A DNA stretch of 64,000 nt from Nitrosopumilus sp. (GCA_965214775.1 OZ243974.1:256001-320000); one strand, 5' to 3'; counted from the stretch's first letter, positions 52,786 to 63,665 are shown. The notes: generated from the letters alone by a model not told the origin. A program made the numbers and translations.

Positions 52786-55344
52786 ATGCAAGTCGACATG
52801 GCAGAAACTCCGAAAATTGAAAGCATGCGGCCGTCAATGTTGGTTTCTGCCACATATGACAAGAACTCAAAATCGGCGGTCTTGAAATTTTACGAGCCTG
52901 AATCTCAAAAACTGTTCCTGTGGAAGGACGAGATCGGGCACAAACCGTATTGCTACTCCAGGTTATCGCCCGATGAGATAGATTTTCTTCAAGAAAGAGA
53001 CGACATTTTAGAGATAAAGGCGGTTCAGCGTTATGACCTGATCAGTGACAGGAAAATAGAAATGTCACAGATAATAGCTGCAGACCCCCTAGCAATCGGA
53101 GGGACGGCAGGGGACAAAAGCATCAGAAACATGATGGAGACATGGGAATCAGACATCAAATATTACGAGAACTACCTTTATGACAGAGGACTAATCGTTG
53201 GAAAATACTACAAGGTTGAAGACGGGGGAATAATTCAGCACGATTTAGAAATTTCTGACGAAGTAAAAATCGCTTTGAAGAGTTTGCTATGGGACAAGGT
53301 CGACAGCGAAAAGATGGTAGATGCCGAGGGGTTCAAAAAATTCATTTCAGAATGGGCAGACTTGCTCAATCAGCCAATCCCAAAGATCAAGCGGTTAAGT
53401 GTGGACATCGAAGTCGAAGCCGAGGTTGGAAGAATACCAGACCCCAAAGTGGCAGAAAAAAAAGTTACTGCAATAGGTCTCAAGGGCACTGACGGGTTTG
53501 ATCAGGTTTTCGTCCTCAGAACTACAGACACCAAGGAAGGAGAAAACGAATTGGACAAGGGCATCAAAGTCGTGTTTTATGACGCGGGCAAGGAAAAAGA
53601 GATGATAAGAGATGCGTTTGAAATCATCGAGGGTTTTCCATTCATAGTCACGTACAACGGAGACGAGTTTGATTTGCCATACTTGTTTAACAGAGCCGAA
53701 AGGCTCGGCATTCCAAACTCAGAAAACCCGTTTTACATGATGAGGGATTCGGCGACACTCAAGCAAGGGGTTCATTTGGATTTGTACAGGACTTTATCAA
53801 ACAGATCGTTTCAAATCTACGCATTTAGCCAGAAATACACAGATTTTTCATTAAACAGCGTTTCAAAGGCCCTCCTAGGAAAAGAGAAGATAGACTACGG
53901 CCTGGAGTTTGACGAACTCACGCTGTACCAAACTGCCAACTACTGCTATAATGACGCACTACTAACCTACGAGCTGACCAGTTTCAACGGTGATCTGTTG
54001 ATGAATTTGCTTGTAATCATTGCAAGAATTGCCAGAATGCCAATTGACGATATTGCCAGAATGGGGGTGTCCCAATGGATCAGGAGCCTGCTCTACTATG
54101 AGCACAGGCACAGAAACTGCCTGATTCCAAAACGGGAAGAGCTCCAAAAGAGATCAGAGGGAGTGATGTCTGATGCGGTAATCAAGGACAAAAAATATCG
54201 CGGAGGGCTGGTTGTCGAGCCAAAAGAGGGAATCCATTTCAACGTAGTCGTAATGGACTTTGCAAGCCTGTACCCAAGCATCATCAAGATCAGAAACCTG
54301 TCTTATGAAACCGTAAGATGCCCGCATGAAGAATGCAAAAAGAACGCCATACCCCAAACAAATCACTGGGCGTGCTCTAAAAGAAACGGGCTGACCTCAA
54401 TGATCATCGGATCACTGAGAGATTTGAGAGTAAACTACTACAAGAGCCTGTCCAAAAAAGAGACACTGACAGATGCGCAAAGGCAGCAGTACACAGTTGT
54501 AAGTCAGGCACTCAAGGTCATCCTAAATGCAAGCTATGGCGTTATGGGTGCAGAGATATTTCCCCTGTATTTTCTTCCGGTGGCAGAAGCCACGACGGCA
54601 ATCGGAAGACATACCATCTTGGATACCATCAAAAAATGCGAGACGGCTGGAATCGAGGTCCTGTACGGAGACACGGATTCATTGTTCATCAAGAATCCAA
54701 CAGAAGAACAAATCCAGGCAGTCATTGATCAGGCAAAAAAAGATCACGGCGTTGATTTGGAAATTGACAAGACGTACAGGTATTGCGTATTAAGCAACAG
54801 GAAGAAAAACTATCTAGGAGTCACAAAGTCAGGAAAAGTCGATGTCAAGGGATTGACGGGGAAAAAGTCGCACACCCCTCCATTTATCAGAAAGTTATTC
54901 TATGATTTGCTAGATGTGTTATCCAAAGTCGAGACGATAGAGGATTTCAAAAATGCAAAGGAGGCGATTTCGGCAAAGATTGCAGATTGTGGAAGGAAGG
55001 TGGAGGCAAAAGAGATCCCGCTAGAAGATTTGACGTTTAACGTCATGCTCAGCAAGTCGCCTTCAGAGTATGTAAAGACAATACCCCAGCACATCCGTGC
55101 TGCAAAGCAGCTTGAATCCATAAGAGAAGTCAAAAAAGGGGACAGAATTTCGTTCATCAAGATCCTCAACAAGCCAGGAGTCAGGCCAGTGGAGATGGCA
55201 AAGAAGGAAGAGATCGATTCAAAGAAATACATGGAATTCATGGAGTCAACGCTAGAACAGATAACATCTTCGATGGACTTGGACTTTGATATGATTTTGG
55301 GAAAGCCAAAACAGACAGGCCTGGATGAGTTCTTTTGGAATTAG
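52786..55344 (+). CDS. polB: Family B DNA polymerase
   Basis: DIEV, YNGDEFDLPY, DFASLYPSII, K...NASYG, YGDTDS; PIP box QTGLDEFF. Confidence 0.97.
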   Translation: MQVDMAETPKIESMRPSMLVSATYDKNSKSAVLKFYEPESQKLFLWKDEIGHKPYCYSRLSPDEIDFLQERDDILEIKAVQRYDLISDRKIEMSQIIAADPLAIGGTAGDKSIRNMMETWESDIKYYENYLYDRGLIVGKYYKVEDGGIIQHDLEISDEVKIALKSLLWDKVDSEKMVDAEGFKKFISEWADLLNQPIPKIKRLSVDIEVEAEVGRIPDPKVAEKKVTAIGLKGTDGFDQVFVLRTTDTKEGENELDKGIKVVFYDAGKEKEMIRDAFEIIEGFPFIVTYNGDEFDLPYLFNRAERLGIPNSENPFYMMRDSATLKQGVHLDLYRTLSNRSFQIYAFSQKYTDFSLNSVSKALLGKEKIDYGLEFDELTLYQTANYCYNDALLTYELTSFNGDLLMNLLVIIARIARMPIDDIARMGVSQWIRSLLYYEHRHRNCLIPKREELQKRSEGVMSDAVIKDKKYRGGLVVEPKEGIHFNVVVMDFASLYPSIIKIRNLSYETVRCPHEECKKNAIPQTNHWACSKRNGLTSMIIGSLRDLRVNYYKSLSKKETLTDAQRQQYTVVSQALKVILNASYGVMGAEIFPLYFLPVAEATTAIGRHTILDTIKKCETAGIEVLYGDTDSLFIKNPTEEQIQAVIDQAKKDHGVDLEIDKTYRYCVLSNRKKNYLGVTKSGKVDVKGLTGKKSHTPPFIRKLFYDLLDVLSKVETIEDFKNAKEAISAKIADCGRKVEAKEIPLEDLTFNVMLSKSPSEYVKTIPQHIRAAKQLESIREVKKGDRISFIKILNKPGVRPVEMAKKEEIDSKKYMEFMESTLEQITSSMDLDFDMILGKPKQTGLDEFFWN

Positions 55345-55351
55345 CATAAAA

Positions 55352-55636
55352 ATGGAGACAGAACCAACGCTGCTAACAATCCTGGGAATCGCCGCAGGAA
55401 TTTTGATTCTGACTGGATGGGTAGAGCAGATCTACAAGGGGTTCAAAACAAAGAGCCTAAAGGACGTATCAAAATTCCTGATGATTTTCATTTCGGCAGG
55501 GGCAATTCTCTGGCTGGTTTATGGGCTGGTTGTAAACGACGTCTTTATCATCGGCACAAACGTTACAGCCATAGTCCTGATGATGATTGTGCTGGGAATG
55601 AAAAGAAAGTATGACAGAAAACTGAAAAAACGGTGA
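55352..55636 (+). CDS. SemiSWEET/PQ-loop-like small transporter
   Basis: Three TM helices; QIYK..KTKS.KDVS, LWLVYG. Confidence 0.8.
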   Translation: METEPTLLTILGIAAGILILTGWVEQIYKGFKTKSLKDVSKFLMIFISAGAILWLVYGLVVNDVFIIGTNVTAIVLMMIVLGMKRKYDRKLKKR

Positions 55637-55651
55637 AAGGTTAATTACAAT

Positions 55652-55731
55652 AGACTTTATGCGTAATCGGTTCAGATCTAGGATTATTACGAACAAATTC
55701 ATCTCATTCAGGTCGATTATGCATAAAGTCT
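55652..55731. mobile_element. MITE family B, just upstream of tpiA
   Basis: AGACTTTATGCGTAATCG...CGATTATGCATAAAGTCT; AAT TSD. Confidence 0.92.
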
Positions 55732-55752
55732 AATCAAAATGGGCCAGAGAAC

Positions 55753-56412
55753 ATGCTGTTTATAATAAACTGTAAAAACTATGAAGAAATCTCGGGTGAA
55801 AAAATCATCAAATTTGTAAAAACCGCAGAAAAGATCTCAAAAAAAATACATGGTAGAAATTGCCATTGCGCCTCCACAGCATCTCACCAAAGTCGTATCA
55901 AAGAGATCAATTTCGATACTTGCACAGCATGTGGATGATTCAAAGGCAGAAAGTACGACGGGATTCATGATTCCAGGGCTGCTAAAAGAATCCAAGGTAA
56001 GCGAATCACTAATCAATCACAGCAAACACAGGGTTGGCCCCAGGACAATTGCAAGGCCAATTCCAAAATTAAGACATCTAAAAATGATTTCAGGATTGTG
56101 CGTAAAAGACGCTGCAGAAGCTAGGAAATATTCAAGACTGAACCCGGATTACATTGCAATTGAGTCTCCGGTGTTGATTGGATCTGGCAGGGCAGTCTCA
56201 AAAGATGCCGGAATTAACCGCAAAGGCGGCAACTGCAACAAAGGATTCAAAAAACAAAACGAGGCTTCTTCGCGGTGCAGGAATAGCATCAGGAGAAGAC
56301 GTAGCCAAGGCAATCGAGTTAGGATCCAAGGGAATACTTGTTGCCAGCAGAATCGTCAAGGCAAGGAAACCGGAACAAGGCAATGTCAGAGCTTGCCAAG
56401 TCAATGGTTTAA
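55753..56412 (+). pseudogene. tpiA: Triosephosphate isomerase pseudogene
   Basis: INCKNY, NHSKHR, AIESPVLIG, GAGI, GILVAS spread over several frames. Confidence 0.9.
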
Positions 56413-56444
56413 TACCCCCTTTTTTGGACTGGTTAATCGTAAAA

Positions 56445-59111
56445 ATGAAGCCGGTATACGCATTTGAAGAGGCAGATAGCAAAAACAGAATGCTGCTAGG
56501 TGGAAAGGGAGCAGGACTAAGCGAAATGACCAGGCTAAAGCTTCCTGTGCCGCCAGGATTTACAATTACCACGGAGGTTTGCACCATGTATTATGAAAAC
56601 GGCAAAAGACTTCCAAAAGGCGTAATGCCATCAGTCATGAAAAATATCAAAAAGATGGAAAAAAAGACCGGCAAGAGGTGGAATTCGACTGAAAACCCGT
56701 TGCTTGTCTCTGTTCGTTCCGGTGCGGCAATCTCAATGCCGGGAATGATGGATACGATTTTGAACCTGGGATTAAACGAAAAGACGGTAAAAGGGCTATC
56801 AGAGCAGACAAAGAATCCGCGCTTTTCATGGGATTCCTACAGGAGATTCATCCAGTTGTTTGGAAAAGTCGTCTTTGGGGTTGATGACGAAAAATTTGAT
56901 CATGTCCTGGAAGCTGCCAAGGAAAAACAGGGTGTAAAAGACGACAGCCAGCTAAATGTCGAATCGTTAAAGAAGATTGCATCAGAATGCAGAAAAATTT
57001 GTGAAAGGCACACAAGGAGAAAATTCCCGGATTCCCCAGATGAACAGCTGGGATTGGCAATCGAGGCCGTCTTTGAGAGCTGGATGGGGCAAAGGGCAGT
57101 AATTTATCGCGAGAAAAACAACATTACAAAAGACATTGCAGACGGGACTGCCGTCAACGTGGTTGCAATGGTGTTTGGAAACATGGGAGATGACAGTGCC
57201 ACGGGGGTCGTCTTTACCAGAAACGGGCACAACGGCAAAAAGGAGATCGAAGGGGAGTATCTGATTAATGCGCAAGGCGAGGATGTTGTTGCAGGAGTCA
57301 GAACCGGAAAAAACGTTGCGTTGCTAAAAAAAGAGATGCCTGAATCTCACAAGGAGCTAAGCACGGCATGTGCCAAATTAGAGAGGCACTTTAGGGAACC
57401 GCAGGACATTGAGTTTACAATCGAGCAAGGCAGGTTCTACCTGTTGCAGACAAGGACCGCAAAGATGAGCGCAGGAGCGCTGGTAAAGGCATCAGTAGAC
57501 ATGGTAAGAGAGAAGTTAATCGATAAAGACAAGGCGCTTACAAGAATTCCCGCACAGCAATTAGAGGCACTACTGCACAGAACAATGGACGAATCCAAGC
57601 TCAAAAACTTCAAGCAGTTTGCAAAGGGAATTGCTGCATCCCCGGGGGCTGCAAGCGGAGTTGCAGTGTTTGATGTGAAAAAAGCAATCAAGCTGGGAGA
57701 GGCAGGAAAGAAAGTGATTCTGATCAGAAAGGAGACAAAGCCAGAGGATGTTCCCGCATTCTTTTCATCAGAAGGCGTATTGACTAGCTTGGGCGGCAAA
57801 TCGTCTCATGCTGCAATTGTCTCAAGGGGAATGGGCAAGCCGTGTATCGTAGGATGTGCAGAACTAAAAATCGATTATGAAAAGAGCGTTTGTTCTGCAA
57901 ACGGCAAGACAGTAAAAGAAGGACAGACGATTTCAATTAACGGAAGTCTCGGAACCGTATTCATCGGGGAAGTTCCGACAGTAGAGCCAAAAGTAACCAA
58001 AGACTTTGAGCAGATTCTAGACTGGGCACAAAAGGCCAAGGTCCTTGGAATCAGGGCAAATGCAGACACGCCTGAGGCAGCAAGACTTGCAAGAAAGTTT
58101 GGCGGAAGGGGGATCGGATTGTGCAGAACCGAGAGAATGTTCAATGCAAATGACAGAATCGGTCTGTTTGTAGACATGATTATGACCGAAGATTCCAAGC
58201 AAAGGGCCAGAGTGCTAAAGAGACTAGGACAGTTACAAAAAAGGGACTTTAAGCAGATTCTAAAGGCAATGGAGGGGTACGAGGTCACAATCAGATTGCT
58301 TGATCCGCCATTGCATGAATTTTTGCCGAATCCCGAGGAGCTGTCAGAAAAAATTCACAAGCTAAAAGCAAAAAAGGCATCCAAGGAGATCAAAAAGGCA
58401 AAAGCGGTGCTAAAAAGGGCCAGAGAACTTGCCGAAGTCAATCCGATGATGGGCCACAGAGGGGTCAGAGTCGGAGTGACATACCCGGAAATCTACGAGA
58501 TGCAGATTCAAGCAGTCTTTGATGCGCTAGTTGAACTAACAAAGAGAAGGGTAAAGGCACGCCCGCAGATCATGGTTCCGCAGATCAGCAGCATTGCAGA
58601 ACTAGACCACATTAAGAAAATTTATGATTCAGTCAAGGGAGAGACTGAGAAAAAACACAGGATGAAACTAGACATCAACTTTGGAACGATGATCGAGGTG
58701 GTAAGAGCTGCTTTGACGTCAAATGAACTTGCCACGACTGCAGAATTCTTTAGTTTCGGAACAAATGATCTGACTCAAGGAACGTTTAGTTTCAGCAGGG
58801 AGGACGTGGAAGGGAAGTTCCTTCCAGAATACATGGAAAAAGAACTGCTTGAAAAAAACCCGTTCCAGTCAATTGACGTAAACGGTGTGGGCAGCCTCAT
58901 GAGAATCGGCATTGCCAACGGCCGCACAGTAAGAAGGAACATGGAAATTGGCATTTGCGGAGAACATGGAGGAGACCCAGACTCGATAAAGTTCTGTCAC
59001 GAGGCAGAACTGAGCTATGTCAGTGCATCACCACACAGGATTCCGATTGCCATTGTAGCTGCGGCGCAAGCTGCAATAGAGCAGCGGCAACAGCGACGGC
59101 AACACAAGTAA
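56445..59111 (+). CDS. ppdK: Pyruvate, phosphate dikinase
   Basis: GGKGA, SVRSGA..SMPGMM, GEDVVAG, SHAAIV, GLCRTE, SFGTNDLTQ, CGEHGG. True start 56445. Confidence 0.97.
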   Translation: MKPVYAFEEADSKNRMLLGGKGAGLSEMTRLKLPVPPGFTITTEVCTMYYENGKRLPKGVMPSVMKNIKKMEKKTGKRWNSTENPLLVSVRSGAAISMPGMMDTILNLGLNEKTVKGLSEQTKNPRFSWDSYRRFIQLFGKVVFGVDDEKFDHVLEAAKEKQGVKDDSQLNVESLKKIASECRKICERHTRRKFPDSPDEQLGLAIEAVFESWMGQRAVIYREKNNITKDIADGTAVNVVAMVFGNMGDDSATGVVFTRNGHNGKKEIEGEYLINAQGEDVVAGVRTGKNVALLKKEMPESHKELSTACAKLERHFREPQDIEFTIEQGRFYLLQTRTAKMSAGALVKASVDMVREKLIDKDKALTRIPAQQLEALLHRTMDESKLKNFKQFAKGIAASPGAASGVAVFDVKKAIKLGEAGKKVILIRKETKPEDVPAFFSSEGVLTSLGGKSSHAAIVSRGMGKPCIVGCAELKIDYEKSVCSANGKTVKEGQTISINGSLGTVFIGEVPTVEPKVTKDFEQILDWAQKAKVLGIRANADTPEAARLARKFGGRGIGLCRTERMFNANDRIGLFVDMIMTEDSKQRARVLKRLGQLQKRDFKQILKAMEGYEVTIRLLDPPLHEFLPNPEELSEKIHKLKAKKASKEIKKAKAVLKRARELAEVNPMMGHRGVRVGVTYPEIYEMQIQAVFDALVELTKRRVKARPQIMVPQISSIAELDHIKKIYDSVKGETEKKHRMKLDINFGTMIEVVRAALTSNELATTAEFFSFGTNDLTQGTFSFSREDVEGKFLPEYMEKELLEKNPFQSIDVNGVGSLMRIGIANGRTVRRNMEIGICGEHGGDPDSIKFCHEAELSYVSASPHRIPIAIVAAAQAAIEQRQQRRQHK

Positions 59112-59262
59112 CAGGCAGGACAGCCAGATGAAATGTGCCAGAAAATCGGGCAGAAACAGAAACCAGACAGAGGAGACACGAGGCCCCAACTACAAGACAT
59201 AGACAGCAATTCTTACGTATATTTTGTTTTGATGTAGTGGCAGGGACGCTAGCAATAGACAG

Positions 59263-59355
59263 TATGGCGGCCATTGAAAGTTCTTGGTCATGAAAAAATG
59301 CATCCCTGCATGATTCGTGCCTATGTGTACTCGAGAACTTTTAATCGTCACCATA
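59263..59355. mobile_element. Single-copy MITE-like element (TA ends)
   Basis: Imperfect TIR TATGGCGGCCATTGAAAGTTCT/AGAACTTTTAATCGTCACCATA. Confidence 0.55.
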
Positions 59356-59384
59356 GTAGCAGGAGCAGGCGTAGTCTAAAAGAA

Positions 59385-59494
59385 CGGCCAAGTGAAATGT
59401 AGATGAGGTTTGCTGTTTTGTCCCGATATTGAGGCGTCGTGCCTCCTGCCCAGTTTTGGTTTTACTCGGTTTCAGGATACTTTTCACTTGGCTG
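59385..59494. mobile_element. MITE family J
   Basis: CGGCCAAGTGAAA...TTTCACTTGGCTG; 5-bp TSD AAGAA. Confidence 0.85.
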
Positions 59495-59538
59495 AAGAAA
59501 ATAATACATTTTAAAGCCAGCCACCCCAATTCAAAATC

Positions 59539-60096
59539 ATGCTTCCAAGAATAGATTCCATAAAACAAATGCGCCAAAAAATCGGAATCACACAGAAAAA
59601 GCTTGCAACAATGACGGGGGTTAGCACTTCGATGATCAATCAGATAGAGTCAGGCAGAAGTCATCCAAGCTATGATACTGCAAGGAGGGTCTTCGATAGC
59701 CTTGCAAAATTAGAAGGAGAGTCATCATCACATACTGCAGGGGATTTCTGTAGCAGGGGCATTGTAAAGTTAAAACCGTCAAACACGCTGCATGATGCCA
59801 TCAAAAAAATGCACCAGTTATCAATCAGCCAGATCCCGGTTTTTAGCGGTGCAGATGTTGCAGGGGTTGTATCCGAAGACGGGATTGTAAAGCATCTTGC
59901 AGACCTGGGCGAGACAGAACTAAAGAAGGCAAGGCTTGCCGATACCATGGAACCCGTGCCGCCAATTGTGGACTTTGAAACGCCTGCAAATGTGCTAGTT
60001 CCATTAATAAGATATTCAAAGTGCATTCTAGTCTCAAAGAAATCAAAGATTGTAGGAATCATTACGGCTTCGGACACACTAAAGATGATGGAATGA
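59539..60096 (+). CDS. XRE-HTH plus CBS-pair regulator
   Basis: GITQKKLA..INQIESG; two CBS domains. Confidence 0.9.
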   Translation: MLPRIDSIKQMRQKIGITQKKLATMTGVSTSMINQIESGRSHPSYDTARRVFDSLAKLEGESSSHTAGDFCSRGIVKLKPSNTLHDAIKKMHQLSISQIPVFSGADVAGVVSEDGIVKHLADLGETELKKARLADTMEPVPPIVDFETPANVLVPLIRYSKCILVSKKSKIVGIITASDTLKMME

Positions 60097-60312
60097 CAGA
60101 CGAATCAGAGGGAGCAAGGATTGATCATCAGAGAAACAAATCAGACATTGTCAATCTGGTCAAAGATGTTCCGGTTGAACAAATGGGGAGACAGAGAATA
60201 CAAGACAAAGCTGCTGGAGGAGGAACTGGTAAAAAAGGACGAGGGACTAATTCAGAAAGCAATAAGAAGAATCAAGCAAGAAAAAGGGCCAGGATGAATT
60301 TTTCAGGCAGGG

Positions 60313-60711
60313 TCACTCTTTAGGATGAGCACACAGTTCTGCCAAAACTCCGTGAAGGGATTTTGGATGAATGAAGGTGACCTTTGTTCCTGCCGAACCA
60401 GGACGGATCTGGCCTAGGAATTGCACCCCGCAGACTTGCATTCTTTTAACTTCGCCCTCAATATTGTCGGTCTCTAATGCTATGTGATGCAGGCCTTGTC
60501 CTTTTTTCTCCAGGAATTTCTTGATTGGACTATTGTCATTTGTGGGCTGCATTAATTCAACACGGCCGTTTTCCAAACGGATAATTGCAACTTTGACACC
60601 TTCGGTTTCGACTGTTTCAAATTCCACGCTATCAGCGCCAAGCGCTTCTTGATAGACTTTGGCAGACTCTTCAACATCGTTTACTGCAATGGCAACATGA
60701 TCAATCTTCAT
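60313..60711 (-). CDS. mce: Methylmalonyl-CoA epimerase
   Basis: IDHVAIAV, VELMQP, GLHHIA, FIHPK..GVLAEL. Confidence 0.92.
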   Translation of the reverse strand: MKIDHVAIAVNDVEESAKVYQEALGADSVEFETVETEGVKVAIIRLENGRVELMQPTNDNSPIKKFLEKKGQGLHHIALETDNIEGEVKRMQVCGVQFLGQIRPGSAGTKVTFIHPKSLHGVLAELCAHPKE

Positions 60712-60757
60712 ATAGAATTCGTCTTTTGTTAGTATAATTTATTGGTTTTATTGGGCA

Positions 60758-61091
60758 CATCCAAGTGGAACGTACCAAAAAATCAAGTAAAAACAGAAAC
60801 AAGACGAGGCATGATGCCTCAGTAACAAGACAAAAAACAATTCTCGTTTACATTTCACTTGGCCGTATGACAAGACCAACATCGACAGTTTTTGCGACTT
60901 TCCAGAAAAGGTGCACAAGAAGCTCGGCAAGGTGCTGATATTCGTAGATAACGCATCATACCAAGGTTGTCGCCTAATTCATCAGAAATTTTGAAAGCCA
61001 TACGATGTTGTCCGGATTAGGCGTGCAAAAAGGGAGGAAATTCCGAAAAACGTGTAGATTGAGCCAAACAGGTGGAATTAGGCGGCAACCT
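60758..61091. mobile_element. Cluster: MITE J (60758-60865), IS630 fragment (60866-60963), MITE F (60964-61091)
   Basis: Family TIRs; the fragment encodes KVLIFVDNASY. Confidence 0.8.
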
Positions 61092-61185
61092 CGGTTCTAG
61101 CTGTTACTGCCAAGCGGATTTTTCAGAAATTGGCCGGTTCGGACATGGGGGTTGAACACATGATAAAAAACACGCCCGCCGGAGC

Positions 61186-61315
61186 AGTTTGTTGCATAAC
61201 TTCCTTTTTCGTCAAAAAACTCCTGATTTCGATGAGCCGAAATCAACTGTGGTTTTTATCTGGATTTATCATTTAGGACGAATTCAAGCAAAAAAATCGA
61301 GTTATGCAACAAACT
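61186..61315. mobile_element. MITE family G (130 bp) sharing TIRs with the IS5/IS903-like element
   Basis: AGTTTGTTGCATAACT...AGTTATGCAACAAACT. Confidence 0.9.
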
Positions 61316-61354
61316 ACGTCGTAGCCAAGGCGATGGATCAACCCCCCTGGCATG

Positions 61355-61445
61355 GTAAGAGTTTACCCCTCAGGCGACACTGCTGGCCGGAGCCTTGATC
61401 ACCGTGCCTACCACGACGTATTTTCGGGAGGGGGTAAACTCTTAC
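61355..61445. mobile_element. MITE family A
   Basis: Perfect 15-bp TIR; flanks CTGGCATG/CTGACATG. Confidence 0.9.
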
Positions 61446-61523
61446 CTGACATGTATCGTAGAGATTATTTTAGTCTCAAATAAATGCAAAATTATATAAA
61501 CTTCTGCACCATATTGATACTAG

Positions 61524-63665
61524 ATGAATATTACCACAATAAAATTGTTAAAATTCCTAGCCGAGGGCCCAAGAGAGGCAATTCTGCTGCCAGACCTGCT
61601 TGGAGTAAAAAAGAGGCAGCTTGCATATATAGTCAGAGGTCTCAAGGAGCTAGGCTATGCAGAAAAGGAGGACGGCATCATCAGACTCTTGGAAAATCCA
61701 AAGACCGTACTTTTTAGAGACGTATCCAAGACCGTAGACGTTCAAAGGCTGCTCTGTGGATCAAATGAGACAGTATTCTTATGGCTGGCAGGCGCATCAT
61801 CAGTTGATGAAATAGTGAGAAAATCAGGATTGTCCAGGGCAACGACACACAGGGCTGTTTCAGATCTACAATCCATAGGTGCGATAACAAAAGAGGGGGA
61901 CAAGATAAGAATAAACGAGTCCAAAGAGTCGCTAGGGCAGTTTGCTGCCATGCTGATGACAGAGTACGTACAAAAATACGAGGACGACGGCGCAGAGGTC
62001 ATATACAGGGACGGGCTCCGGACATTAAGAAGGGTTCCTGCAGGAAGAACCGCAAGGGGTGAGACGACTGCCTTTACGCTGTTCTCAGAATACGGTATGG
62101 AATACAGGACAGTTTATGATTACTTTTGCGAGCAGGACGGAGACTTGGACATGCAAGATGTTCTAATGCATGCAGTTTATGCAGCCAGTCACGAAAAAAA
62201 CAGGATGGCGTTGCTGATCAGCATTGTTTTTTATGCAAAGCACAAAGACGGGATGGACACCCTTCAGATGAGAAGAAAGGCAGATGGGATGGGAGTCTCA
62301 AAAGTGTGGCTGGATGTGGAGGCATACATCAGGGGAGGGCAGCTGAAAAACCCAGGCCTGTTTTTGCCGTGGGATGAGTTTGTCTCCAAGGCCGACATGT
62401 ACGAGGTGCCAGCTGAAAAGTATTCCATGCCGGAGCCAAGCGAGTCGTTGTTTGAGGACTGGGGCAGGAAGCTGAGGAAGCCAATGAATGTCTACCTGTT
62501 TGGCGGAGAAAACATGAGGATCAAGAGACTAAAGGACAGCACGAAGGACTGCGACATGGTAGTAGAAAACAAGGAGATCTTTGAGGCTGCCGAGAAAATT
62601 CTTACAAAAAAACTGGGATACAGGCCAGTAATCAAATCAGAGTACTCTGATGAGGACAAGAGAATACATCCTGACGATATTTTTGTCCATGAAAAGAAAA
62701 GCAGGATAGACCTGTTCACGACTAGAATAATGCATGACCTTATACTGTCGTCCCCGATGAGGGAAAAGGCCGACATTCGGAACTATGGGAAGCTCAAGGT
62801 CGGGCTACTTCGAAACGAGCATGTCTTTTTGCTAAAGGCCATTGCAGGCAGGGAGGGCGATATAGAGGACATGGCTGCCTTGGTCAGGGGAGAACCTGAC
62901 GGTCCCCGGGAGTTGCAGCACGGCTCCTTTGACTGGGATCTGGTATGGGATGAAATCCTGCTGCAGGAGGGTATGGATCAGACCAGGGACTTTACGACGG
63001 ATGTTTTTGAGCAGATATCGTACCTTGCGCAGCAAACGGGCATCGTTGCCCCATTTCTAGGCAGGCTGAGAAGGCATGTCATAGACGGCGTGATCAAGAG
63101 AATACTGCATGGCGGCAGCATGCCGATAAAAGAAATGGTGGAGCTGCTAGTTGGTAAGGACAGCGAGTCAATGATTCGAAACAGGATCGATTCGCTAAAA
63201 AAGGCTGGGATCGTCGAAAAGTATCTCATAGGGAGGACGGCACATGTCAGGCTGCTAAAAGGCAATGAATTTGTCAAGAAGGAACTCAAAATGAACATGC
63301 ACTGCCTTGGGAGCTACCTTGACTGGCGTTTTTACCTGAGGCAAAGACAGTCGGATCGGAACATCCGGGAGATGGCAGGGGAGCTAAAAGAGATGGGATT
63401 TCAGACGATCGGGGAGGTCGATGAGGCGGTCAGGAGCTCCGTCGAGGTGCTAAGACGGTACGAGGATGAACAGCTTTCAAAGCGTCGTCTTGACGTGGTT
63501 GGCGCAGCAAGAATCTGCATCGGCCTGCACCGTCCGGAGATCGGTAAAAAACGATCATCAAGATATTTCGTCGACAAGTTTGAAAAATACCACAATATGA
63601 TATCTGGCAGCAGTGCACCACGTCTGACAAGGACGGAGGAAAAACCAGGGTTGAACATGCGTTGA
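61524..63665 (+). CDS. Multi-HTH plus AbiEii/DUF6036-like nucleotidyltransferase fusion protein
   Basis: Two N-terminal wHTH; YLFGGENM..STKDCDMV; LLKAIAGREGDIED. Confidence 0.75.
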   Translation: MNITTIKLLKFLAEGPREAILLPDLLGVKKRQLAYIVRGLKELGYAEKEDGIIRLLENPKTVLFRDVSKTVDVQRLLCGSNETVFLWLAGASSVDEIVRKSGLSRATTHRAVSDLQSIGAITKEGDKIRINESKESLGQFAAMLMTEYVQKYEDDGAEVIYRDGLRTLRRVPAGRTARGETTAFTLFSEYGMEYRTVYDYFCEQDGDLDMQDVLMHAVYAASHEKNRMALLISIVFYAKHKDGMDTLQMRRKADGMGVSKVWLDVEAYIRGGQLKNPGLFLPWDEFVSKADMYEVPAEKYSMPEPSESLFEDWGRKLRKPMNVYLFGGENMRIKRLKDSTKDCDMVVENKEIFEAAEKILTKKLGYRPVIKSEYSDEDKRIHPDDIFVHEKKSRIDLFTTRIMHDLILSSPMREKADIRNYGKLKVGLLRNEHVFLLKAIAGREGDIEDMAALVRGEPDGPRELQHGSFDWDLVWDEILLQEGMDQTRDFTTDVFEQISYLAQQTGIVAPFLGRLRRHVIDGVIKRILHGGSMPIKEMVELLVGKDSESMIRNRIDSLKKAGIVEKYLIGRTAHVRLLKGNEFVKKELKMNMHCLGSYLDWRFYLRQRQSDRNIREMAGELKEMGFQTIGEVDEAVRSSVEVLRRYEDEQLSKRRLDVVGAARICIGLHRPEIGKKRSSRYFVDKFEKYHNMISGSSAPRLTRTEEKPGLNMR

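Noticed and set aside
52786-55344. PolB as part of a casposon
   Set aside because: It is the cellular polymerase with a PIP box in a core context; no Cas1 or TIRs nearby.
56178-56444. TPI-PPDK fusion implied by the 977-aa ORF
   Set aside because: Artefact of tpiA frameshifts running into the ppdK frame; PPDK starts at 56445.
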